Shown: one piece after another, positions 40,320 to 51,286 of the stretch
How positions within the stretch are numbered: the first letter of the stretch is position 1
Layout: each line of letters opens with the position of its first letter
Assembly (NCBI GenBank): GCA_951406725.2
Contig: OX597820.1
Location: 3,906,001-3,970,000 of the forward strand
Length of the DNA: 64,000 nt
Origin: Octopus vulgaris
Taxonomy: Eukaryota
Reading direction: 5' to 3'
Notes under the pieces: generated by a model
The model's input: the letters and a program-made list of their open reading frames with translations, nothing else
Told to the model about the DNA's origin: nothing
Databases searched by the model: none
Made by a program: the position numbers and the translations under genes

Positions 40320-41364
40320 ATACCAAAAGACTTTCTTCTCTGATTTTACGAAACAAATGACCGACAATTTATGTTCTAAGGGTGTTATTACACCGCATTC
40401 TTTATGTAGACACATAAACTGTCATAAAATTCTTCCATTTAATAACAATGTTGACGGGCCACTAAAAAAAGATCTCCATATAATTAAGAAACTCGGAAGT
40501 GGAGGATTTGGTACCGTTTATTTAGTTTGTTGGAAATCGAAAAAATTTGCCTTAAAAATTTTGCATCGCAAACCTGAAAATTTGGTGCTAAAATGTTTAA
40601 AAGCTGAACAGCGGTTGCTTCATTTTGAACACCCCAACATAGTAAGGACCCTAATGGTCCATTCCTTTTGGACTGGTTATGAAAATGGGTTGATTCTTAT
40701 GGAATATGTTGGCGAGAGGAATTTACAGTGTCTCATCGATGACTCTAAAGAAGTTCTCTGTTATAATCGTCGTGTGAAATTTGGTTTACAAGTTTCAAAA
40801 GCCATCGAATTCATCCATTCAAAGCATGTTGTCCACTTGGATTTGAAACCCACGAATATTATCATCACGGACAATGATGTTTGTAAAATTTGTGATTTTG
40901 GTTGCTGTCAGTGTGTAAAATGGCCAGTTGTGGAAACGACTTCATTGTCTGGTACGGCAGCATACATCGCCCCAGAACTTTTAAAAGGAATGCAACCGAC
41001 CAAAAAATGTGATGTTTATTCCTTAGGAATTATATTATGGCAAATGTTATCAGGAAAAGTGCCCTTTGAGTATGAGAATCCGCACGTAATTATCTACAAA
41101 GTGGTGACTGACAATCTACGCCCAAAGGAAATCGATTCTCTAATGACTACGAAAGATTTGGCATATGTGACCCTCTACAAACAGTGCTGGGATAGAGAAC
41201 CGCAGGACAGACCAACCTTTGAAGGATTAGTCGAAACATTTAATACTTGGGTTAACAAGACCTTTTTAAATTATAAAATATTTCATACTAATTCATTAGG
41301 TTTCAATCTTTCTCCCTCCAATACAGAGACACACGAAATAAGCAAATACAAGGCGAAATCTTAG
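40288..41364 (+). CDS. MOS: Mos proto-oncogene Ser/Thr kinase (MAPKKK), intronless; true start may be ATG 40300 or 40357
   Basis: Single 358-aa ORF with GSGGFGTVY, ALK, HLDLKPTNI, DFGCC and GTAAYIAPELLKG. HLDLKPxN plus DFGC and a single-exon structure are Mos hallmarks. Confidence 0.9.
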   Translation: MLFNMTHHNDKYQKTFFSDFTKQMTDNLCSKGVITPHSLCRHINCHKILPFNNNVDGPLKKDLHIIKKLGSGGFGTVYLVCWKSKKFALKILHRKPENLVLKCLKAEQRLLHFEHPNIVRTLMVHSFWTGYENGLILMEYVGERNLQCLIDDSKEVLCYNRRVKFGLQVSKAIEFIHSKHVVHLDLKPTNIIITDNDVCKICDFGCCQCVKWPVVETTSLSGTAAYIAPELLKGMQPTKKCDVYSLGIILWQMLSGKVPFEYENPHVIIYKVVTDNLRPKEIDSLMTTKDLAYVTLYKQCWDREPQDRPTFEGLVETFNTWVNKTFLNYKIFHTNSLGFNLSPSNTETHEISKYKAKS

Positions 41365-41423
41365 ATTAAAACCTTCAAAAACAATTTCAATGTGCTCTGA
41401 AATTAACTGATTTTAGAACTTGT

Positions 41424-41487
41424 ATTTAGTCCAGTTATTTTGTTATGTCCTTTTAATGGTTTTTATTTATTATATTAAATGAATAAA
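41424..41487 (+). promoter_or_regulatory. Mos 3'UTR cytoplasmic polyadenylation module (MBE, CPEs, hexamer)
   Basis: ATTTAGT 41424-41430 (Musashi element), TTTTAAT 41451-41457, TTTTAT 41461-41466, ATTAAA 41474-41479, AATAAA 41482-41487. Confidence 0.65.
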
Positions 41488-42288
41488 TTTTTTAAATTTA
41501 CAATTTTATTTCCTTTCCACCTGCCTATTGTTTTTTTTTTTTTTAGAGATTAATTTTAAAAAATAATTTGACATGAAGCTAGTTGAAAGGAACATGAAAT
41601 CGAATTTCCTGTCCTGCTTGTAATAACTTTTTTTACCACGTTTATGGACTTCAAATGAATTAGACTTTAAGATTGAATTCTTTAAAGTTTGTTTTATATT
41701 TTTAGTGAATTTAGATAAACGTAATAATTTTATTTTTAACTATAGAAATCTACCAACAGAAAATAAGGAATAAAAAGAAAGTCTAAACCTCTTGGCAAAT
41801 GACCAAGTTACTCCAGAAGTTTAGCTTCATGTTATTCACTCACAGCGAAATGCACAATCAAGACGATTACTTCATAAATTATTCAAAAACCATTTGAAAA
41901 TTGTTTTTGATTTTATCATTGTCAGAATCTGAATCCAAATAAAAGGTAGGGTTTCTTCAGCGTATACTCACAACATAAAACAACTTGGAATTCCAGCAAT
42001 AAAGATATCTTTGGTTAAACTTGTTACACTTTAAGCAGTCTTAGACAATTGTTCTAATCGAGCAAATTTATAGTCAAAAGCGTTTCAGTCGTGACAACCC
42101 CACTACTTTGTTTTATTAGTATATTTTAGGGTTACATAATGGAGCTCTGAAAACTCAAGGATGTAATTTCATAGCGATTTGGGTGCTATTTCAAGCAGAT
42201 CAAACCTCTACAAAGAGGCGGATTGATGGGGAGTTCGTGGCTCTTTCTGTAATGTCTTTAGTGCTGATACAAATCATTGCCCAATTAA

Positions 42289-42655
42289 GGCGGCGAGCTG
42301 GCAGAATCGTTAGCACGCCGGACGAAATGCGTAGCCGTATTTCGTCTGCCGTTACGTTCTGAGTTCAAATTCCGCCGAGGTCGATTAAATAAGTACCAGT
42401 TACGCACTGGGGTCGATATAATCGACTTAATCCGTTTGTCTGTCCTTGTTTGTCCTCTCTGTGTTTAGCCCCTTGTGGGTAGTAAAGAAATAGGTATTTC
42501 GTCTGTCTTTACGTTATGAGTTCAAATTCCGCCGAGGTCGACTTTGCCTTTCATCCTTTCAGGATCGATAAATTAAGTACCAATGAAACACCGGGATCGA
42601 TTTAATCGACTGGCTCCTCTCCCCCAAAATTTCGGGCCTTGTACCTAGAGTAGAA
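42289..42655 (+). mobile_element. tRNA-derived SINE family A (representative); copies ~1107-1503, 7837, 9310(-), 11939, 19694, 24520, 29431(-), 32593, 36941, 44391(-), 48830
   Basis: GGCGGCGAGCTGGCAGAATCGTTAG (A-box-like) ... GAGTTCAAATTCC (B-box) ... GCCTTTCATCCTTTC.GGGTCGAT; many dispersed copies. Confidence 0.85.
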
Positions 42656-42934
42656 AATATTATTTGCTCAATTGGATCCAATGAGAAAAGAAATGGTTGG
42701 CTTCGTCATTAATGAACTTCAATAGATTATTTTCCCAAGTTCAAACTAAGCAGACAAAAAATCGGTAAGACCAAGATTGATTTGGTAAAGCTCAAATCGA
42801 TCGTTACATATTCTGACTGCTTCGAACAAACGACATTCTAACAATATTATGCATTGCACGGTTGGTGAACTTCATAATTCTCTTGCTTATGAAATGGAAC
42901 TTATTGTACTGGTTCTGAATTCTATAGAAAATTA

Positions 42935-43856
42935 GGATCAGGACACCCATATAAGTTAGAATTTCTCCGTTTTGACGGGAAATTTTCCAATTTTTTTCAT
43001 CGAAATGATGGGGGAGGGGTACGTCTTTTTATGAAAAAAATTTAAAAAAAATTTTTTTTTTTCACTTTACCTCCTCCGGACAGATTTTGGACAATTTTCT
43101 TTAGCACTACGCACTTAAAAACCATGAGAGAAGCCTTTTCAGTAAGAAAAAGAAAACGGTAAATATTTTCAAACGAAAAGATGTGCGTGATTTAAGAGAG
43201 ATTTAGTTATTGTTTCTAGCACATCTCACGACCACCCTCCTCGTTTCTTTGTCCCATATATTGATGCTTTTCAATATTTTTCTCCCCATAAAACATTTTA
43301 TGGTTTGATGATGCAGAAGTGGTCCGTTGATGGGAATTAAGCAACGGCAAAAAAAGTGCAGTTTAAATTTTTAAGCTTCCACCAACCAACAAAGCTTGTT
43401 AAAATCAATGGATAAATCCCCAGCAATGACCAAGTCAGGCTCTCCAATATTTTAAAATTATAAATAGAAACAAGGGACGGGGGCCGTAGGGTCAAAAGAA
43501 TGATAAAATTTCAAAATCCTTTTTTTTCTTTTTAATAGCATCGATGTGTTTATGGAAAGAAAAATATCGAAAAACATTAATACATGTGAAAATATTATTA
43601 AATATCGTCTCAAAATATTTACAATTTTTTTTTCTACTGGAAAGGTTTCTCTCGTGGTTTTTAAGGATGTAAGGCCAAAAACAATTGGCTTGAATCGGTT
43701 TGGAAGGAAAGAGAATAAAAAACAAAAATCATAAATTTCCAAAACATATTTCAAAAAAAGACGTTACCCCTTTATCTCGAAGGCAATGGTGAAAAGAAAA
43801 TTTGAGAATTCCTCTTCAAAACGGAGAAATTCTAATTTATATGGGTGTCTTGATCC
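42935..43856. mobile_element. Non-autonomous DNA transposon with ~110-bp imperfect TIRs
   Basis: GGATCAGGACACCCATATAAGTTAGAATTTCTCCGTTTTG versus CAAAACGGAGAAATTCTAATTTATATGGGTGTCTTGATCC. Confidence 0.8.
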
Positions 43857-43999
43857 AAAACTTCGCCATTTACTTTCCCAGAATCAAAACAAGGGCTTCA
43901 ACCAGATTCTGAAAGTGAGAATTTGGCGAATGGGAAGCTTTTGCTCCTGTTTCTAAACTCCAAATGTCCCGTAATGGTTTCTGACTTCCTATTATAGAA

Positions 44000-44230
44000 A
44001 TAAAGTTCGATGAAATCAATATTGTTACCCTAAACATCAGCAAATCCTTCGACCGTGTTTGGCATACAAATCTCATATCAACATTTCTCACCTATGAACT
44101 CCACCCATCTCTTATCTCTCGGATTGGTGGCTCTCTACCTGATCGCACCATCACGGCATGTGTTGACGGAGCTCTCTCTGCCCCACTCTCGATCAAATCT
44201 GGTGTTTCCTGCAGTTCTGCTTTACGCTTA
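44000..44230 (+). mobile_element. CR1/Jockey-group RT fragment
   Basis: LNISKSFDRVWHTNLISTFLTYELHPSLISRIGGSLPDRTITACVDGALS...IKSGV, matching DISKAFDRVWH...FLS.R...V..G...GVPQ. Confidence 0.75.
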
Positions 44231-44644
44231 CTTTCTTCATTTTGAGGGGAAACGATACAATTGGGTTAATCGACTCCAGTGACTGACTTGTTCTTATCTT
44301 TTAATATTCCTAGAAAGGCTGGAAGGCAATATCACAGACGGTATGATTGCAACCCAGAACATCGAAGGACGTATATAGATATTCTTTTTTATTCTAGGCA
44401 CAAGGCCCGAAATTTTGGGGGAGGGGGCCAGTCGATTAGATCGACCTCAGTACACAACCGGTACTTAATTTATCGATCCTGAAAGGATGAAAGGCAAAGT
44501 CGACCTCGGTGGAATTTGAACTCAGAACGTAGCGGTAGACGAAATACTGCTAAGCATTTCGTCCGGCGTGCCAACGGTTCTGCCAGCTCGCCGCCTTGGA
44601 CCTATATAGATATTGTAAAACATTTTGCCAGCTGCTTTATCGAT

Positions 44645-45100
44645 TTTGCCATCCTACCAGGTTTCAAATAATTTGCACTGCGACATTTATTCGGGGTAAA
44701 TGTGTCGGACATGTTCACAATGAATAGGCGTCCATATCCACCTTCATCACCGCTATTAACTGGAAGTGGTGTAAAGAATGTAAATGTCTTAGCCGACACA
44801 TGATAGGGATGACAATTAAGGTTAAATAAACTAACTTAATTGCCGTTTTATAATATATGTTATTAGCATAAAATACTAATTCGTTATAAGCAAGAGAAGC
44901 ATTATTTGTTCAAAATAGCAATCAGTATATCATACCCAAAGCAGTTACATTGTTGAAAGCCTTATAAACTGTGATGTTCGTCTTGAGAAAGCAGCTCTTA
45001 TAGACGCCCGTCCGTATGCCAAGACAAAATTAGCACAAATGAGATATAGTTGATCAGTGATTGAAAAATAATTCTTGGCATGCGGATGCCCGTGGGTGTT
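44645..45100 (+). mobile_element. Highly decayed Ty3/Gypsy RT-RNase H relic
   Basis: F.LR.LFGVNV (RLPFG-like), QLRLNK, and DARPYAKTKL...YS*SVIEK*FLA (RNase H RPIAYAS...YSVIEKE.LA-like). Confidence 0.45.
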
Positions 45101-45478
45101 TGCTACTGACGGGGCCCAAAGAGTCAGATGGGAATATTTAAGTGCCGTCACTGCTACAGGACGATTTCCGTTTGCTATCAATATGTTTGAGATTTTTAAC
45201 ATTATATGTCCACAAGAAATGCTTTCTGGAGACGAATACCACCTTTATCCAACTTTCAACGATGTATCTGCTTTAAGTATGATGTACAGATTACTTTATC
45301 AAACTATAAGTTTAATTAAATTGTTTTAATTGTCGCTCTATAGTATATTCTATGAGCGTTGTTTTCACGAGATGACTATTACGATTAATGAGACTAAGTT
45401 ACGTATTACAGTTCTATATTTAAGAGATGAGGAATTATTTACATTTGACGGATATTTGTTCTCATTTTGTTTGTTGTG

Positions 45479-45524
45479 GACACAACGTTTCGGCTGATAT
45501 ACACTCCAGCCTTCATCAGGTGCC
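45479..45524 (-). ncRNA. Minimal type I hammerhead ribozyme motif in a Penelope-like repeat (45427-45790)
   Basis: Minus strand GGCAC-CUGAUGA-A-GGCUG-gaguguauau-CAGCC-GAAAC-GUU-GUGUC: intact core boxes with stems I and II. Confidence 0.7.
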
Positions 45525-46077
45525 TTGGGGGGAAATTTCGAACCTGGGTTCTCATTCCCATGGTATTTTTCGATGTTGCTGTTGTTGTTGTTGTTGTTGT
45601 TGTTGTTATTACTATTATTCAGGTCACTGCCTGGAATCGAACTCGGAATCTTGGGGTTAGTAGCCTGCGCTCTTAACCACTGTCATATACCCCGGTTCGA
45701 AATTTCCCCAAGGCTGGAGGGTATATCAGCCAAAACGTTATGTTAGCAACAAACAAGATGAGGACAAATATTCGTCAAATGTAAATAATGCAGGTTTCGT
45801 ATTATTTTCTCTTCTAAATAAATATGTCGGCTGCTTTAAAGCGAAAATGAAGGTCAGTATGGTCGACTATTCATCGCCTTCATTTTCGACAAGTTTTCCA
45901 TTATGCGAGGTGTATTTAAAATAAATTTTGAGACGATAAAACATTTTGCAATTAAATTGATATTTTAATACGAAAGTATTTAAAAAATAGAACACGTTTG
46001 TTTTTAATTAAATTTACACATATCTATTTGTGGAGTTCATAGTTTCGTACATTCTGTCGTCACGTTGTGATTTAAAA

Positions 46078-46191
46078 ATGGCGAAGAGGAAGGCGTCGCG
46101 AGTCGAAGCTGCGAAGAAGAAGTCGAAGCCCGAGGAGAAAATAGAGGTTTTACCTTCTGTTATACAATCTGATGATCCACCAGCCAAAAAG
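46078..46191 (+). CDS. BRIX1: BRIX1/BRX1 exon 1
   Basis: aaaaATG; MAKRKASRVEAAKKKSKPEEK...SDDPPAKK|gtatgt; basic N-terminus in a CpG-rich region. Confidence 0.88.
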
Positions 46192-46982
46192 GTATGTGCA
46201 CTGTTTCAGTTTATTGAAATTAAAAAAGCGAAAATGATATAACTGATTCGATATCCTTTTTGTCCCCGTTCAATCGGAAAACTTGTGTTTCGCTTCGGAA
46301 ACGTAATTTTGTTAGTTTTTTGTCTTTCATAAAAATTTACTAAATCAAACACTCAAGAAAAAATAATATAAAATGTAAATTAAAAATTCTCAAATGTTAA
46401 TAGCAATAAAAAGTACGTTTTTTCCTGCAACAATTCCAAGAAATTCCCGATTTTATGTGAGTCGTTCGACTCACGTGGAGATGTTTGTGAAATGTCGAAG
46501 ATTCTTTTTACATTCATCGAAGTTTCTCTCTACAAATTTTCCCAACGACCAACAAATCTGGACAAATTCTCCACTCCACCCTCTTTCTTCGAATAAATTT
46601 ACGGGCAAAAGTGAAAAATAATTTCCAGATGTTCTTTATGTATCTTTTTTTTAATTTATTGTATAAATACATTTGCATCGTTAGACTTCATAAAATTCCT
46701 GGTAAATTTTACCGAATTCCTTCGGTGGTCAACGGATCCGTTCGAGTTGAGACCGAAGACGATGTCCTTAGGATGGTCTTACGATCCACCTGGCATCTGA
46801 TACTAATGTCTCAGTCATTTTCTATCTTTATTATTCGAAACAAACCACAGACTGGTCGCTGCAATCAGTTAATATGAACAACCTTGGGGTTTATTGTTCA
46901 ATTTAAATGTGAATGTGAATTCTAACTGGTTCCTTTGTGTTCTTGTAACTAAATTACCGAAATATGTTTCTTTTTTATACAG

Positions 46983-47094
46983 ACTAAATGGATAAACAAA
47001 CAGAGGGTATTGGTGCTTGCCACCCGAGGGATTATGGCCCAGGCTCGTCACTTAATGAATGACATGAAGAGATTAATGCCTCACTGTAAACGAG
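46983..47094 (+). CDS. BRIX1: BRIX1 exon 2
   Basis: TKWINKQRVLVLATRGIMAQARHLMNDMKRLMPHCKR(E), like human KWKNKERILIFSSRGI...RHLMQDLRMLMPH. Confidence 0.95.
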
Positions 47095-48795
47095 GTAAAA
47101 ACTTTTGATTACTATGATGTTAATAATCTTTATTTTCTTTGTTGTGCAGAATTAGAATTGTCGGTCCAGATGGAGGATATGTAAACGGAACCCTTCCTCG
47201 CCACTTAATTTTTTTTATGGAATCCCACGTCTTAGGTTATGGAAATTCTGAAAAAGATTTTTTTCAAAAATCGCAACTTCAAAATTTCAATTCCCCCGTT
47301 TTCGTTTTTCACTTTTTCCGGATTTTTTTTTCTTGTGGGGGGCGAAATACGTACACAAAAATACGGAAATTATGATTCTGAAGAAAAATTGTTTGTAAAA
47401 TTGAAGGCGTGGAAGGGTTCAGTTTTCATGTCTTCCATCTGGACCGAATTGTCATTTAGAATAAAGTGTTTCGAACAGTTGAAGAACTAAAATCATTTAA
47501 TTCAACCTCTAAGAAATACGGATTGTGATGAAGCACTTACTTTGTAACCTCATGGTTTCACGTTCCCTGTAACTGTGTGTTATCTTGGATATGTCATCAT
47601 CATCATCATCATTTAATGACTGTTTTCCATGCTGGCATGGGTTGGACAGTAGGTAGGAGCTAGTAAGGCTGGGAACTGCACTAGGCTCCACTATTTTGCA
47701 TGGATGCCCTTCATAACACCAACCACTTTACAGAGTGTACTGGGTGCGTTTTACATGGCACCAGCTGTGATGTCGTTTGGGCCCCACATAAAGGAAAATT
47801 CTGGTAATTTGGTGGTTTCAGTGAGTAAAGACATGGAACAAAGTATTGTAAATTTATAAAGATAGTGTTGAGAAAAGCATCAAGCTGTAGGAAACTGCTT
47901 CAAGAACCATTATTTACTTGAATAGCAAGGATAGTATTTTGTTTTTGGATTTGGTTTCCATACATATAAACATTGTACATAGTTGCAAAACATGCACACA
48001 CAAGGAGACAGAAGTGCATACATATACAAACACACGCTCTCACATACACAAACATGCAAGCACATGAATATGCAGAATACATACATACATACATACAGAT
48101 GGACACATATATGCATATACATACACACATGCATGCATAGGCCCACACACACACACACATGCGCACAAACAAACAAAAAGGAACGCAGTGTAAATAACGG
48201 ACAGTCAAGACTATTGGAAAGGCTGCAAGAAGCAATGAAAATTTTAGGAAAATAAAAATAAGAAATAAGTGGAAATTTTACCAGTGAGTGTGTTACATTA
48301 TAAGGCACAAAAAGAAAATGTCTCTCCCCAGACACAAAAGGACATTATTCTTTTTGTGTAAGTTGTATCATTGATAGAAGTTGATAATATTTTCATTTGT
48401 GCTTATACTGAACAATACCAACATGTAAATCAGGGTGGCACCTGAAAGGCAGCTTTCAAGTTATGGGTCTCATCGAGGCAATGATGAATAACCGACACCT
48501 TTGGCAATATGCTGCACCTGAGAAGACTCAAGCCAAGCAAAATCGTAATTGTGGCAGATACTGGTGTCATGCAAATGGCACCCGTGCCAGTGGCATGTAA
48601 AAGCATCCATAACAATCCTGGAGTGGTCAGTGTTAGGGAGGGCATCCAGTGCATTGAAACCATGCCAAATCAGACTTGAGGTCTGGTACAACCTTCCAGC
48701 CTTGCCAGTCTCGGTCAAACTGTCCAACCCATGCCAGCATGGACAATGGACGGCAGGTGATGATGATATTCATTGAAGTTTGTTTTCTGCACAGT

Positions 48796-48829
<34 letters not shown>

Positions 48830-49066
48830 GTGCTTAGTGGCATTTCGTTCATCTTTACATTCTGAGTTCAGATTCCACCGAGGTCGACTTTGCCCTTCAT
48901 CCTTTTGGGGTTGATAAAATGAGTACCAGCGAGACATTGGGGTTGATATAGTCAATTTCTCAATGCTCTCAAAATTACTAGCCTTATGCCGAAAATTAGA
49001 AAGAATTATTTTGAATTCATGCATTTTTGGTTGTCTAAAAAGATTATTTTGTTGTTTACTGGACAG

Positions 49067-49110
49067 AACCGAAAATGAATTGCAAAGATGATATTCCTGC
49101 AGTGAATCAG
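49067..49110 (+). CDS. BRIX1: BRIX1 exon 3
   Basis: cag|(E)PKMNCKDDIPAVNQ|gtaagt. Confidence 0.88.
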
Positions 49111-49463
49111 GTAAGTGAAAATTTGTAAAAATATTTCTTATTATTTCCATATTGATTGTATTAGTTATTGATTTTGTATTTGTATTAGATATTTGTGATA
49201 TGTCCTAATTGGTGATAGACTCTATTACTGTTAAAAGGTTCCTCTGCATGGGTTGGACGGTTCAACTGGGGTCTGTGAAGCCCGAAGGCTGCACCAGGCC
49301 AGTCAGATCTGGCAGTGTTTCTACAGCTGGATGCCCTTCCTAAAGCCAACCACTCCGTGAGTGTAGTGGGTGCTTTTTATGTGCCACCTGCACGTAAATA
49401 TTAAAATATTAAAATAAATTTGTTTGAAATTTTATGGTGTTTTGTTCAACCCCTGTATGTATG

Positions 49464-49510
<47 letters not shown>

Positions 49511-49665
49511 ATTACCCCCCCCCAAGCACTTGATTAAATCTTTTAAAACTAGAAAATCACACACACACACAATAATGCTTTATGATGGAACTAAGAAGGA
49601 CATTCAACCTAAAACATGTTATTCACACTGAAAATATTTACTTCAAATTTCAAGATTCTACTTAC

Positions 49666-49959
49666 CATTTTGTACATGAAACTTAGCAGACGGTCCATTT
49701 GGGACGTTTGATATCCTACAGAAAGTAAAAGGACAGAAATGTTTTAAAATTATCTAGACAGAAATTAAAGTGATACAGAAACACACAAAAGCTTCTACTA
49801 ATATATTTATACAAAATACACACAACACACATAAAAAAACATTTTTCTCAATTTCCACAATCTCCTGTCTCAAAGAAACTAAACTTACCACATGTATAAA
49901 TCTTTCTTTTTCCTGGATTCAAAAAGTATACACTTATTACAATTCCTCATTTCACACAC
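49666..49959 (-). pseudogene. Inverted duplicate of BRIX1 exon 4 (49889-49959) and exon 5 (49666-49715) with splice sites
   Basis: Exact reverse complements of 50783-50853 and 51027-51076, including ag and gtaagt borders. Confidence 0.93.
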
Positions 49960-50782
49960 CTACAAAAAAAAAAAAAAAAAAAAAAAAAAAGGAAAATATA
50001 TTACAGCAATGATTCACAGCAACTGAAAGCAGAAATCTTCCAACAATGACTTAATTTAATTCCATAATTAAAAAAAATTTTTTTTCCATGCAGAGACAAC
50101 TGGTGATAAGAGAAACTAGCAGAACTGACTTCAGGTTGTTGATCCTCACAAAGGAGACGAGGAACAACCAAGATAATTGAGGATTAGCCAGGTTCCAGAA
50201 GCCCCCATCAATCTCAGCAAAAAAGACATGGTCATCAGATCCCTGCATCCAATATGTTTCTCACAAGTCATCCTCATAACTCCTCTCTAACCCCTATCCC
50301 TTCTTCACCCTTCTAACGGCACTACTATTTCCCTCAGCTGCTTGAGAACAGAACTGCAAGGATAACTGGAAGCACCAAAAGTGGGGATAGAATATGTGCA
50401 GTTCTGTTCTCAAACAGCTGAGGGAAATAGTAGTGCCGTTAGAAGAGTGAAGAAGGGATAGGGGTTAGAGAGGAGTTATGAGGATGGCTTGTGAGAAACG
50501 TATTGGATGCAGGGATCTGATGACCATGTCTTTTTTGCTGAGATTGATGGGGGCTTCTGGAACCTGGCTAATCCTCAATTATCTTGGTTGTTCTTCATCT
50601 CCTTTGTGAGGATCAACAACCTGAAGTCAGTTCTGCTAGTTTCTCTTATTACTAGTTGTCTCTGCATGGAAAAAATTTTTTTTTTAATTATGGAATTAAA
50701 ATTAAGTCATTGTTGGAAGATTTCTGCTTTCAGTTCTGTGAATCATTGCTGTAATATATTTTCCCTTTTTTTTTCTTTGTAG

Positions 50783-50853
50783 GTGTGTGAAATGAGGAAT
50801 TGTAATAAGTGTATACTTTTTGAATCCAGGAAAAAGAAAGATTTATACATGTG
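50783..50853 (+). CDS. BRIX1: BRIX1 exon 4 (inside right palindrome arm)
   Basis: VCEMRNCNKCILFESRKKKDLYM(W)|gtaagt. Confidence 0.95.
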
Positions 50854-51026
50854 GTAAGTTTAGTTTCTTTGAGACAGGAGATTGTGGAAATTGAGAAAAT
50901 GTTTTTTATGTGTGTTGTGTGTATTTTGTAAAATATATTAGTAGAAGCTTTTGTGTGTTTCTGTATCACTTTAATTTCTGTCTAGATAATTTTAAAACAT
51001 TTCTGTCCTTTTTTTACTTTCTGTAG

Positions 51027-51076
51027 GATATCAAACGTCCCAAATGGACCGTCTGCTAAGTTTCATGTACAAAATG
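51027..51076 (+). CDS. BRIX1: BRIX1 exon 5 (inside right palindrome arm)
   Basis: (W)ISNVPNGPSAKFHVQN(V)|gtaagt. Confidence 0.95.
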
Positions 51077-51233
51077 GTAAGTAGAATCTTGAAATTTGAA
51101 GTAAATATTTTCAGTGTGAATAACATGTTTTAGGTTGAATGTCCTTCTTAGTTCCATCATAAAGCATTATTGTGTGTGTGTGTGATTTTCTAGTTTTAAA
51201 AGATTTAATCAAGTGCTTGGGGGGGGGGGTAAT

Positions 51234-51278
<45 letters not shown>

Positions 51279-51286
51279 CATACATA

